This document shows positions 30,005-38,925 of a stretch of 56,474 nt of DNA, piece after piece (the stretch's first letter is position 1; each line of letters begins with the position of its first letter). Source of the stretch: an uncultured Planctomycetales bacterium (GTDB lineage: Bacteria > Omnitrophota > Gorgyraeia > Gygaellales > Profunditerraquicolaceae); the NCBI GenBank assembly GCA_964487475.1, contig CAZAPM010000014.1, positions 1 through 56,474 of the forward strand. Reading direction: 5' to 3'. The position numbers and the translations under genes were made by a program. Below the pieces are notes generated by a model that had not been told where the DNA came from, ran no database searches, and saw nothing but the letters and a program-made list of their open reading frames with translations.

Positions 30005-30937
30005 ATGGCAGAGACATTGTATCAGCGTGACGTATACGGGAAAACGCTCGTAGAGCTGGGTAAGGAGAACAAGGATGTGGTGGTGCTGGATGCCGATCTT
30101 TCCAGCTCGACGCGCACCGGGCTCTTCGCCAAGGAGTTCCCCGCGCGTTTCTTCAACTGCGGGGTCGCCGAACAGAACATGATGGCCACTGCCGCGGGGA
30201 TCGCCAGCTGCGGCAAGACCGTGTTCGTGTCCACCTTTGCCATCTTCGCCACCGGCCGCGCCTGGGACCAGGTGCGCAATTCCATCGCCTACAGCCATTT
30301 TAACGTGAAGATCGTCGCCACCCACGCCGGAATCACCGTCGGCCCGGACGGCGCCAGCCACCAGGCGCTGGAGGATATCACCCTGATGCGGGTGATCCCT
30401 TCGATCAACATCGTGGTTCCCTGCGACGGGCCGCAGACCCGCGACGCGATCCTTACCGCGGCGAAGGAGAAGGGGCCTTTTTATGTGAGACTGGGCCGGC
30501 CCAAGGTCGCCAGCCTGGTGCACAAGGAACCGTTCACGCTCGGCAAGGCCGAAGTGCTGGCCGAGGGTAACGACGTCGCCATCATCGCCTGCGGGATCAT
30601 GGTCGGGGAAGCGATGGCCGCGGCCGAAGCGCTCGCCGCGAAGGGGATCAAGGCCCGCGTGATCAACATGCATACCATCCGTCCTTTCGATTCCGATGCG
30701 GTGCTGAAAGCCGCCTACGAGACCAAAGGCATCGTGGTGTGCGAAGAGCATACCGTGGTCGGGGGGCTGGCGTCCGCAGTGCATGAAGTGGTGTCTGAAA
30801 CACATCCGGTGAAGGTGCTGTCCCTCGGGATCAAGCATCGTTTCGGCCAATCGGGAGAGCCGGCGGATCTCTTGAAAGAGTACAATCTCACCAGCCAGGA
30901 TATCCTGCAGGCCGCCCAGAAGATCGCGGCAGCCTAG
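30005..30937 (+). CDS. tkt: Transketolase C-terminal subunit
   Basis: LDADLSSST, GVAEQNM, GPDGASHQ, EEH..GGL; start at ATG 30005. Confidence 0.92.
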   Translation: MAETLYQRDVYGKTLVELGKENKDVVVLDADLSSSTRTGLFAKEFPARFFNCGVAEQNMMATAAGIASCGKTVFVSTFAIFATGRAWDQVRNSIAYSHFNVKIVATHAGITVGPDGASHQALEDITLMRVIPSINIVVPCDGPQTRDAILTAAKEKGPFYVRLGRPKVASLVHKEPFTLGKAEVLAEGNDVAIIACGIMVGEAMAAAEALAAKGIKARVINMHTIRPFDSDAVLKAAYETKGIVVCEEHTVVGGLASAVHEVVSETHPVKVLSLGIKHRFGQSGEPADLLKEYNLTSQDILQAAQKIAAA

Positions 30938-30944
30938 CCCAGGG

Positions 30945-31865
30945 GTGTTGCTGGTTTCGCACGTGAAAAAGCTGGTCCTTGCCTCTTACGCAAAGCTCAA
31001 TCTCTTCCTGCAGGTCACCGGCACCCGCAAGGACGGGTACCATACCTTACGCACCGTTTTCGAACGCATCAGCTTGAGCGATACCATCCGTTTTTCCCTG
31101 CGCCGCGACGGCGTGATCTCTGTTTCCAGCGACAGCACCCAGATCCCCGGAGGCCCCGGGAACCTGGCCTGGAGAAGCGCCGCGCTGCTTAAGGAGCGCT
31201 ACAAATGCCCCCTGGGCGCGGATATCCATATCGAGAAGCGTATCCCGGTGGGCGCCGGCATGGGCGGCGGCTCCAGCAATGCGGCGACCGTCCTTAAAGG
31301 GCTGAACAAGCTGTGGGGGATCGGTGCTCCTGCCGGTGAGCTGGCGCGTCTGGGAGCGAAGATCGGCGCGGACGTGCCGTTCTTCCTTCATGATACCCGC
31401 TTTGCCATGGCGACGGGGGTAGGGGATAAGGTAGCAGCGCTTGCCGTGCCGGCCAGGATATCCCTGTGGCACGTGCTGGTGATCCCCCGCGTGCACGTCT
31501 CCACGCCCGGCATCTATAAGCGCTGGGACGTACTGGCGCCAAAGGTGCTTAAAAATAAAAGGATAGGGTTGACAATACCCCCAAAAAATGTTAAAATCCT
31601 TAACCTGGCTTTACAAAACGGTGATCTTTCCCAGTTGGGTGAGTCGTTGTTTAACTCGCTCCAGTTTGTCACAGAACGTGATTATCCTTCAGTCAGCCAT
31701 ATAAGGAAACGGCTTGCACAGGAGGGAATATCTTCGGTGTTGATGTCAGGCAGCGGTCCGACCGTGTTCACCGTAGCGCCAACCAGGCGCGCGGCACATG
31801 AAGCGGCTGCTGTAATGCGCAACGCCGACCCTTCGTGGCAGGTCTTTGTGGTCAAGACGAGGTAG
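30945..31865 (+). CDS. ispE: 4-diphosphocytidyl-2-C-methyl-D-erythritol kinase
   Basis: AKLNLFL, KRIPVGAGMGGGSSNAA, GADVPFF, MSGSGPTVF; start could be GTG 30963. Confidence 0.94.
   Translation: MLLVSHVKKLVLASYAKLNLFLQVTGTRKDGYHTLRTVFERISLSDTIRFSLRRDGVISVSSDSTQIPGGPGNLAWRSAALLKERYKCPLGADIHIEKRIPVGAGMGGGSSNAATVLKGLNKLWGIGAPAGELARLGAKIGADVPFFLHDTRFAMATGVGDKVAALAVPARISLWHVLVIPRVHVSTPGIYKRWDVLAPKVLKNKRIGLTIPPKNVKILNLALQNGDLSQLGESLFNSLQFVTERDYPSVSHIRKRLAQEGISSVLMSGSGPTVFTVAPTRRAAHEAAAVMRNADPSWQVFVVKTR
31569..31597 (+). promoter_or_regulatory. Intragenic sigma70-type promoter inside ispE
   Basis: TTGACA-17 nt-TAAAAT with an A-rich upstream tract, in an AT-rich patch of the CDS. Confidence 0.75.
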
Positions 31866-31885
31866 TTGACAGCAAGGAGGCGGGG

Positions 31886-32308
31886 ATGGAGATCACCGAG
31901 GTCCGGGTGTTTTTAAAGGATTCTCCAGACAAGAAACTGAAGGCGTACGCCACGGTCACGTTCGAAAACGCCTTTGTCGTAAGGAATATCAAGGTAATCG
32001 AAGGCACTAACGGCCTTTTTATCGCGATGCCTTCCCGCAAGGTGAAGCATCCGTGCCCGAAGTGCGGGTATAAGAACGAGACGCGCAGCAAATATTGCAA
32101 CCAGTGCGGAGCCCAGCTTCCCGTATCGGCCAGACCTGTCAGCACGGCCGATGCAGTAAATGGTGCGCAGTCGGAGCATAAGGACATTGCTCATCCTATT
32201 ACCCAGCATTTCCGGGAAGTGTTGCAAAAGAAAGTCCTGGACGCGTATGAGGCGGAAAAAGCCAAGGGACCTCATGCGTCTACCGTTTCAGACGCCGACC
32301 TGGATTAA
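31886..32308 (+). CDS. spoVG: SpoVG family nucleic-acid-binding protein with Zn-ribbon insertion
   Basis: MEITEVRV, LKAYATVTF, GLFIAMPSRK, DIAHPI; inserted CPKC..CNQC; SD AAGGAGG. Confidence 0.9.
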   Translation: MEITEVRVFLKDSPDKKLKAYATVTFENAFVVRNIKVIEGTNGLFIAMPSRKVKHPCPKCGYKNETRSKYCNQCGAQLPVSARPVSTADAVNGAQSEHKDIAHPITQHFREVLQKKVLDAYEAEKAKGPHASTVSDADLD

Positions 32309-32334
32309 TTCGGCACGATCCATTTGCTGATTCT

Positions 32335-32408
32335 TGGGATGTCGTCCAATGGTAGGACGCGAGAATTTGGGTCTCGTTATCATGGTTCGAATCCATGCGT
32401 CCCAACCA
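32335..32408 (+). tRNA. tRNA-Gln(TTG)
   Basis: Cloverleaf: acceptor TGGGATG/CGTCCCA (U1-A72), anticodon arm CGAGA-ATTTGGG-TCTCG, T-loop TTCGAAT, encoded CCA. Confidence 0.9.
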
Positions 32409-32418
32409 ACAAATATCT

Positions 32419-33681
32419 ATGCCTACACAGAAGGTAGCCGTCATCATTTTGGCCGCAGGCAAGAGCACCCGGATGAAGTCCGAGGTGCCCAAGGTGCTGC
32501 ATCCTATCTGCGGCCGGCCGGTCCTGGCGTACGTGCAGGATTTGCTCAAGCCGCTGAAGGCGGCGCGCTCCGTGGCCGTGCTCGGGTATCAGCATGCCCT
32601 GGTCGAGAAGGCGCTGGTCCCCGGAGTGGTCCCGGCGCTGCAGAAGAACCTCTGCGGCACGGCGGATGCGGTCAAACAGGCCATGCCCGCGCTCAGGGGA
32701 TTTAAAGGCACGGTGTTGATCCTCTACGGGGATACGCCGCTGCTTACCGCCGCTACCGTAAAAAAGCTCCTGAAGTTCCACCGGGAGCAGGAGCTCGATG
32801 CGACACTTTTGACCGCGGTGCTGGAGAAGCCCGATTCCTACGGCCGTATCCTGCGGGATAAATATAATTGCGTCAGCGGCATCGTGGAAGAGAAGGATGC
32901 CAATGATTTCCAGAAGGGGATCAAGGAGATCAACACCGGGATCATGTGCTTTGACGCCGAGGCGCTGCGCAAGGTATTGCCTTTGATCAAGGCCAACAAC
33001 CGGAAGAAGGAATTTTATCTTACCGATGCCATCAGCCTGCTGTACGAGAAGTCCGGCGCGGTGGGCGCGGTCAAAATCGGGGATTTCAAGGAAGCTTTGG
33101 GGATCAACTCCCGGGTGGAGCTGGCGCAGGCGAACAAGATCATGCAGGCGCGGATACTCGAGGAGTTCATGAAGGAGGGGGTTTCCATCGTCGACCCCGC
33201 TTCTACTTTCATCGCCTACGGCACGAAGATCGGCGGGGATACCACGATCCATCCCTTCAGCGTGGTGGAGAAGGATGTGAAGATCGGCGCCCGTTGTTCG
33301 GTCGGCCCCTTCGCGCACCTGCGCGAGGGTACCCGTCTCGAGGATGACGTCGTGATCGGGAATTTCACCGAGCTGGTGCGCACGACCGTGGGTGCCAAGA
33401 CCTGGTCCAAACATTTCAGCTACCTCGGTGATACCCGGGTGGGCAAGGCCTGCAACATCGGGGCCGGTTCGGTGACCGCGAATTTCGACGGCAAGGATAA
33501 GCATGTGACCGTGATCAAGGACGGCGCTTTCATCGGATGCGATTCGGTGCTGGTGTCTCCCGTAGTGGTAGGAAAGGGCGCAGTGACGGGCGCCGGATGC
33601 GTGGTGACCCGCAATACCAGGATTCCCGATGCGTCGGTGGCAGTGGGTGTGCCGGCGCGGGTGGTCAAAAAAAGAGGATAG
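32419..33681 (+). CDS. glmU: Bifunctional GlcNAc-1-P uridylyltransferase/acetyltransferase
   Basis: ILAAGKSTRMKS..PKVLH, YGDTPL, EINTG, EFYLTD, GPFAHLR, hexapeptide repeats. Confidence 0.93.
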   Translation: MPTQKVAVIILAAGKSTRMKSEVPKVLHPICGRPVLAYVQDLLKPLKAARSVAVLGYQHALVEKALVPGVVPALQKNLCGTADAVKQAMPALRGFKGTVLILYGDTPLLTAATVKKLLKFHREQELDATLLTAVLEKPDSYGRILRDKYNCVSGIVEEKDANDFQKGIKEINTGIMCFDAEALRKVLPLIKANNRKKEFYLTDAISLLYEKSGAVGAVKIGDFKEALGINSRVELAQANKIMQARILEEFMKEGVSIVDPASTFIAYGTKIGGDTTIHPFSVVEKDVKIGARCSVGPFAHLREGTRLEDDVVIGNFTELVRTTVGAKTWSKHFSYLGDTRVGKACNIGAGSVTANFDGKDKHVTVIKDGAFIGCDSVLVSPVVVGKGAVTGAGCVVTRNTRIPDASVAVGVPARVVKKRG

Positions 33682-33682
33682 G

Positions 33683-34621
33683 ATGGATAAGCTCGCGATT
33701 TTTTCCGGGAACGCCAATCCGCAGCTGGCCAAGGATATCTGTGAGTACCTGAAGGTACCCTTGTCGGATGCGCTGGTGGGGATGTTCAGCGAAGGGGAGA
33801 TCAGGGTCAAGATCAACGAGAACGTGCGCGGCAAGGACGTGTTCGTCATCCAGCCGACCTGCCCGCCTCCCAACAGGAACCTGATGGAGCTCCTGATCAT
33901 GATCGATGCCCTGCGCCGTTCTTCGGCGCTGCGCATCACCGCGGTGATGCCCTTTTTCGGGTATGCCCGGCAGGACCGCAAGGACCAGCCGCGCGTTCCC
34001 ATTACCGCCAAGCTGGTGGCGAACCTGCTGACCACGGCAGGCGCCAACCGCGTGCTCACCATGGACCTGCACGCCGGACAGATCCAGGGGTTCTTCGATA
34101 TCCCGGTGGACCATCTTTTCGCCATCGGAGTGTTCTCCGAATATGTGTCCAAGCAGAAGATGAAGGACATGGTGGTGGTCTCTCCCGACGTGGGCAGCAT
34201 CAAGATGGCCAGGTCCTACGCCAAGCGCATGTCGGCGTCCCTGGCGGTCATCGACAAGCGCCGCGACTCTCCGGAAAAGACCGAGGTGATGCATATCCTC
34301 GGCGAGGTCCAGGGGAAGAACGCGCTGATCGTGGATGACCTTATCGCCACGGGCAGTTCACTGATCGAGGCGGTGGAGGCGTTGCACAAGGCCGGCGCCA
34401 AGAGCATCCGTGCCGCCATTTCGCACGGCATCCTTTCGGGGCCGGCGATCGAGCGCGTCGATCAGTGCGCGCATCTGCAGGAGCTGCTGGTGACGGATAG
34501 CATCCCGCTGCCTCCGCAGAAGCAGCATCCGCGCATCCGCGTGCTTTCCGTGGCGCCGCTGATGGGCGAGGCAATACGCAGGATCCACAATGAGGAGTCG
34601 GTGAGCTGCCTTTTCGACTAG
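33683..34621 (+). CDS. prs: Ribose-phosphate pyrophosphokinase
   Basis: FSEGE, YARQDRK, DLHAGQIQGFF, VSPDVG, VDDLIATG. Confidence 0.97.
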   Translation: MDKLAIFSGNANPQLAKDICEYLKVPLSDALVGMFSEGEIRVKINENVRGKDVFVIQPTCPPPNRNLMELLIMIDALRRSSALRITAVMPFFGYARQDRKDQPRVPITAKLVANLLTTAGANRVLTMDLHAGQIQGFFDIPVDHLFAIGVFSEYVSKQKMKDMVVVSPDVGSIKMARSYAKRMSASLAVIDKRRDSPEKTEVMHILGEVQGKNALIVDDLIATGSSLIEAVEALHKAGAKSIRAAISHGILSGPAIERVDQCAHLQELLVTDSIPLPPQKQHPRIRVLSVAPLMGEAIRRIHNEESVSCLFD

Positions 34622-34656
34622 CTCGCCATGTGTGAAGTGAAAGGAAGAAGGAAGAA

Positions 34657-35337
34657 ATGGAAGAGATAATTCTGGAAGCGCAGTACAGGGAAGAAACCGG
34701 CAGGGTCCAGGTCAAGAAGATCCGCGACGCGGGATTCGTGCCGGCGGTGATCTACGGGGAAAGCAAGGATACTCACGCGGTGAAGATCTCCAGGAGCGAG
34801 CTGCTGCACCTGGTGCACCAGCACCGCCTGGAGAACGCCATCATCACCCTGAAGATCAAGGATGACAAGAAGGGCAAGGGGCACTCCTGCCTGATCAAGG
34901 ACATCCAGTACGATCCGGTGCACGAGCATATCGTGCACGTCGACTTCAACGAGATCTCGCTGACCAAGGCGATCAAGGTCAACGTGCCGGTGGAAGCCAA
35001 GGGCGAACCCGTGGGCGTCAAATCCGACGGCGGTTCTCTCGAGCACGTGATGTGGGAGATAGAGGTCGAGTGTCTGCCGACCGAGATCCCGCAGAAGTTC
35101 GAAGTGGACGTGAGCGCCTTGAAGATCGGGGATGCCGTCCATATCAAGGATATGGCCATTCCGGCGAACATCAAGGTGATCACCGATGCCAACGCCGTGG
35201 TCCTTTCGGTGGCGGCTCCGCAGAAGGAAGAGGCACCGGCGGAGGAGCTGGAAGGCGACGTGAAGAAGGAGCCCGAGGTCATCAAGGAGAAGAAGGAAGT
35301 CCCTGGTGAGGGCGCCGCAGAAGGCAAGGAGAAATAA
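34657..35337 (+). CDS. rplY: 50S ribosomal protein bL25 (Ctc form)
   Basis: VPAVIYG, IQYDP, HVDF, acidic tail. Confidence 0.96.
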   Translation: MEEIILEAQYREETGRVQVKKIRDAGFVPAVIYGESKDTHAVKISRSELLHLVHQHRLENAIITLKIKDDKKGKGHSCLIKDIQYDPVHEHIVHVDFNEISLTKAIKVNVPVEAKGEPVGVKSDGGSLEHVMWEIEVECLPTEIPQKFEVDVSALKIGDAVHIKDMAIPANIKVITDANAVVLSVAAPQKEEAPAEELEGDVKKEPEVIKEKKEVPGEGAAEGKEK

Positions 35338-35346
35338 TCCCTTTCC

Positions 35347-35916
35347 ATGAAGCTGGTCGTGGGGCTGGGGAATCCCGGCAGCGAATACGACGGCACCAGG
35401 CATAACGTGGGGTTCCGCGTGCTGGAGGATATGGCACGGGAATACCGCTTCGCCTGGGCAAAGGCGCGCGGCATCGCGGCGCTGACGGCAAAGGGCAGGA
35501 TCCGCGGCCAGGACGTGGTGCTGGCCAAGCCCCTGACGTACATGAACCTTTCCGGGAGCGCCGTCGCGGGATTGTGCGCCAAACAGTCCGTGGAAATGCA
35601 GGACCTGCTGGTGGTGTGCGATGACCTCGACCTGGAGTTCGGCAGGATCAGGATCAAGCCGTCGGGTTCCAGCGGCGGGCAGCGGGGGATGGAATCGGTC
35701 ATCCAGGCGCTGGGCACCCGGGAGTTCGCCCGGGTGCGCATCGGGATCGGCAGGCCGGCAGGCGGGGATGTCAGCGAGTACGTGCTTTCCCCTTTCCGGC
35801 GCGAGGAGCGGGCGGCGTTGCCCGGAGTGATCGGGCGGGCCCGCGAATGCGCGGAATGCTGGGTGTGTGACGGTATCACGGTAAGCATGAATAGATATAA
35901 TAAGAGTGATAAGTAG
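35347..35916 (+). CDS. pth: Peptidyl-tRNA hydrolase
   Basis: VGLGNPG, TRHNVGF, KPLTYMNLSG, DDLDL, RIGIGRP. Confidence 0.96.
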   Translation: MKLVVGLGNPGSEYDGTRHNVGFRVLEDMAREYRFAWAKARGIAALTAKGRIRGQDVVLAKPLTYMNLSGSAVAGLCAKQSVEMQDLLVVCDDLDLEFGRIRIKPSGSSGGQRGMESVIQALGTREFARVRIGIGRPAGGDVSEYVLSPFRREERAALPGVIGRARECAECWVCDGITVSMNRYNKSDK

Positions 35917-35928
35917 AAAAGACAGGTG

Positions 35929-35993
35929 TTCCACCGCAGAAAGCGGTGCACTTGCCTTTCCTTTTAGGCAAGGTGCGCTTTCTGTGAAAGGAG
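35929..35993 (+). promoter_or_regulatory. S6:S18-type ribosomal protein leader RNA
   Basis: TTCC pairs with the SD GGAG; unpaired CCG; long stem CAGAAAGCG/CGCTTTCTG with apical hairpin; directly 5' of rpsF. Confidence 0.65.
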
Positions 35994-36003
35994 AGTACGT
36001 GCA

Positions 36004-36297
36004 ATGAACAAGTACGAAGCAATGGTGATAGTAAGGGCGGATATCAGCGACGACGACCGCAAAGCCGCTTTTCAGCAGGTCAATGACGCCATCGCCAAGC
36101 AAAAGGGCGAGATCTCCCAGTCGGGCGTCTGGTCGGAAAGGCGCAAGCTTTGCTTCCCCATCAAGAAGCAGCCGGAGGGGGTGTATTATCTCGTGCAGTT
36201 CAGCGCCCCTTCTGCGGCGGTCAGGGAGCTGGAAAACATTTACCGTCTGAACGAGCAGCTTCTTCGGGTATTGATCACCCGCGTCGACAAAGACTAA
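36004..36297 (+). CDS. rpsF: 30S ribosomal protein bS6
   Basis: MNKYEAMVI, W.ERRKLCFPIKK, GVYYL, LLRVL. Confidence 0.95.
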   Translation: MNKYEAMVIVRADISDDDRKAAFQQVNDAIAKQKGEISQSGVWSERRKLCFPIKKQPEGVYYLVQFSAPSAAVRELENIYRLNEQLLRVLITRVDKD

Positions 36298-36308
36298 CGA
36301 GGTGTGTC

Positions 36309-36758
36309 ATGGCTAATCTGAATAAAGTGTTGCTGATGGGTAACCTGACCAAGGACCCCGAACTGAGATACACGCCGCAGGGGATCGCGGTGGTCAATTT
36401 GCGGATGGCGGTCAACAGGAAATACCGCGACCGCAACCAGGAGAACAAAGAGGAGACCTGTTTTATCACCGCCGTAGTGTGGGATAAACAGGCGGAGACG
36501 TGCAACCAGTATTTGCGCAAAGGCAGCGGCCTGTTCGTGGAAGGCCGCCTGCAGTCCCGTTCGTGGGAGGACCAGCAGGGCCAGAAGCGCAGTGTCATAG
36601 AGGTACGCGCCGAGCGGGTGCAGTTCATGGGCGGCGGCGCGGGAGGCAGACAGTCGGGCGCAGCCGCGGAACATGTCGATGCGCCGGCACCGGATGCCTC
36701 TACCGAAGCGACTTGGTTGGATGAAGAAAGCGAGGATAAGTCACATGAGAATCAATAA
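36309..36758 (+). CDS. ssb: Single-stranded DNA-binding protein
   Basis: [30 protein letters not shown]. Confidence 0.96.
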   Translation: MANLNKVLLMGNLTKDPELRYTPQGIAVVNLRMAVNRKYRDRNQENKEETCFITAVVWDKQAETCNQYLRKGSGLFVEGRLQSRSWEDQQGQKRSVIEVRAERVQFMGGGAGGRQSGAAAEHVDAPAPDASTEATWLDEESEDKSHENQ

Positions 36759-37008
36759 TCGGACACGCAAGCCCGAAAGAAAAAAGAAGTCGTCCCTGTC
36801 CCTGAAGAAGAAATTCTGCCGTTTCTGCGCGGACAAGACGAAGGTCATCGATTACAAGGATTATAAGACCCTGGAGTCCTTCATCAAGGAGCGCGGCAAG
36901 ATCCTTTCCAGCCGTATCTCCGGCAACTGCGCCGGGCATCAGCGCCGGGTGGCCGCTGCCATCAAGCAGGCCAGGTTCATTTCGCTCTTGCCGTATACCC
37001 GCGGCTAA
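36745..37008 (+). CDS. rpsR: 30S ribosomal protein bS18 (Zn-binding form)
   Basis: CRFC, IDYKD, ERGKIL, CAGHQR, AIKQAR. Confidence 0.95.
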   Translation: MRINNRTRKPERKKKSSLSLKKKFCRFCADKTKVIDYKDYKTLESFIKERGKILSSRISGNCAGHQRRVAAAIKQARFISLLPYTRG

Positions 37009-37038
37009 TTACTCATTGTTGTTGCAGGAGGTATTCCG

Positions 37039-37482
37039 ATGGAAGTGATATTGACCAAAGATGTGCAGGCGATCGGCCATGTGGGGCAGGTGATCAAGGT
37101 CAAGGACGGCTATGCCCGCAATTTCCTTTTCCCCAACCAGCTGGCAGTGCCCGTGACCGCCGCCAACATCCAGAAACTGGAACAGCAAAAACAGAAGAAA
37201 CTGCAGGAACTTGCGCAGTTGAAGAGCGAATCCCAGGCGTTCAAGGACAAGCTGGAGGCGCTTTCCCTCACCATCCCCGTGCTGGTGCAGGAGGACGGGA
37301 AGTTCTACGGCAGCGTCAGCGCGCAGGATATCGCGAAGGCCCTGAAGGACGAGGGGCTGGAAGTCGACAAGCATAAGCTCGACCTTCCCGAACCGCTGAA
37401 GAGCCTGGGCATTTACGAAGTGGGGGTCAAGCTGCATCCGGAGATCCAGGCGAAGGTCAAGGTGTGGATCGTCAAAAAATAA
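37039..37482 (+). CDS. rplI: 50S ribosomal protein bL9
   Basis: VKDGYARNFLFP, GKFYGSVS, KLHPE. Confidence 0.96.
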   Translation: MEVILTKDVQAIGHVGQVIKVKDGYARNFLFPNQLAVPVTAANIQKLEQQKQKKLQELAQLKSESQAFKDKLEALSLTIPVLVQEDGKFYGSVSAQDIAKALKDEGLEVDKHKLDLPEPLKSLGIYEVGVKLHPEIQAKVKVWIVKK

Positions 37483-37494
37483 ACCGCATAGCGC

Positions 37495-38832
37495 ATGGCA
37501 GATCAGCAGATAGATAAGCTCCCTCCGCAGAATCTGGAAGCGGAGATGGCGGTCCTGGGATCCATGCTTCTGGACCCGGAAGCCATCGCCGTCACGGTGG
37601 AGACCCTCGACCGCGAGGCGTTCTATAAGGACAGCCACCGGTATATCTTCGAGGCGATCCTGGAGCTCTACAATCACAGCAAGCCCGTCGACCTCATCAC
37701 GCTTACCGACGAGCTCAAGCGCCGCGGCATCCTCGATGCCGTGGGCGGCGCCAGTTACGTGACGGGGCTGGCGAACACCGTCCCGACCGCCGCCAACATC
37801 TCGCACTACGTCACCATCGTCCGGGAGAAACAGATCCTGCGGCATCTGGTGACCAATTCCACCCGTATCGTGTCCCTGTGTTATCAGAGCGAAGGCAACA
37901 TCAGCCAGCTTATCGATGACGCGGAGCGCCTGGTCTTCGAAGTGACCAACCGCCGCGTGGCCGGCACCTATACCCATGTCCGGGATATCGTGGCCGCCAG
38001 CATCGAGAAGATAGACATGCTCTATCAGAAAAAAGCGCACGTCACGGGCGTCCCGACGGGCTTCATCCAGTTCGACACCATGACCGCGGGGCTGCAGCCT
38101 TCGGACCTGATCATCGTGGCGGGAAGGCCTTCCATGGGAAAGAGCGCCTTCGCCATCGGCATGGCGGAGTATGCCTCCATGGCGGAGAAGATCCCCACCG
38201 CGGTCTTCAGCCTCGAAATGTCGAAAGAACAGCTGGTGCAAAGGATGCTCTGTTCCCATGCCCGGGTGGATGCCCACAAGGTGCGTACCGGTTTCCTTTC
38301 GCCGTCCGACTGGCCGAAACTGACCGCCGCCGCGGGCAAGCTTTCCGAAGCGCCCATCTTCATCGATGACACGCCGGGTATCTCGGTCATGGAATTGCGC
38401 GCCAAGGCGCGGCGGCTGAAGAGCCAGCATGATATCCAGTTCGTGATCCTCGACTATCTGCAGCTGATGCGCGGGTCGGGATATACCGAAAGCCGCCAGC
38501 AGGAGATCTCGGATATCTCCCGGTCCCTGAAAGCCCTGGCCAGGGAGCTCAATCTTCCTATCCTGGCCATCAGCCAGCTTTCCCGCGCCGTGGAATCCCG
38601 CACCGACCACCGGCCGCAGCTTTCCGACCTGCGCGAGTCCGGCGCGATCGAGCAGGACGCGGACGTCGTGGCGCTTCTGATGCGCGAAGAGTATTATAAT
38701 CCTACTCCGGAGAACCAGGGGATCGCAGAGGTCATCCTGGCCAAGCAGAGGAACGGCCCCGTGGGCTCGGTCAAGCTTACCTTCCTTAAGGAGTATACCA
38801 GGTTCGAAAACCTCACCCGCCTGGAAGGATAG
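37495..38832 (+). CDS. dnaB: Replicative DNA helicase
   Basis: PPQNLEAE, Walker A AGRPSMGKS, DYLQLM, SQLSR, DLRESGAIEQDAD, KQRNGP; no intein seen. Confidence 0.97.
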   Translation: MADQQIDKLPPQNLEAEMAVLGSMLLDPEAIAVTVETLDREAFYKDSHRYIFEAILELYNHSKPVDLITLTDELKRRGILDAVGGASYVTGLANTVPTAANISHYVTIVREKQILRHLVTNSTRIVSLCYQSEGNISQLIDDAERLVFEVTNRRVAGTYTHVRDIVAASIEKIDMLYQKKAHVTGVPTGFIQFDTMTAGLQPSDLIIVAGRPSMGKSAFAIGMAEYASMAEKIPTAVFSLEMSKEQLVQRMLCSHARVDAHKVRTGFLSPSDWPKLTAAAGKLSEAPIFIDDTPGISVMELRAKARRLKSQHDIQFVILDYLQLMRGSGYTESRQQEISDISRSLKALARELNLPILAISQLSRAVESRTDHRPQLSDLRESGAIEQDADVVALLMREEYYNPTPENQGIAEVILAKQRNGPVGSVKLTFLKEYTRFENLTRLEG

Positions 38833-38835
38833 CTA

Positions 38836-38863
38836 TTGATTATTCAGTCAGTTGTGCTATCAT
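38836..38863 (+). promoter_or_regulatory. Sigma70-type promoter for the bamA operon
   Basis: TTGATT-16 nt-TATCAT with TG extension. Confidence 0.5.
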
Positions 38864-38925
38864 ATTAGAAATATTTCTCAGGTGTTCCAAGGCGCGGTAC
38901 GCCTTCAATCGTCTTACCCCATATA

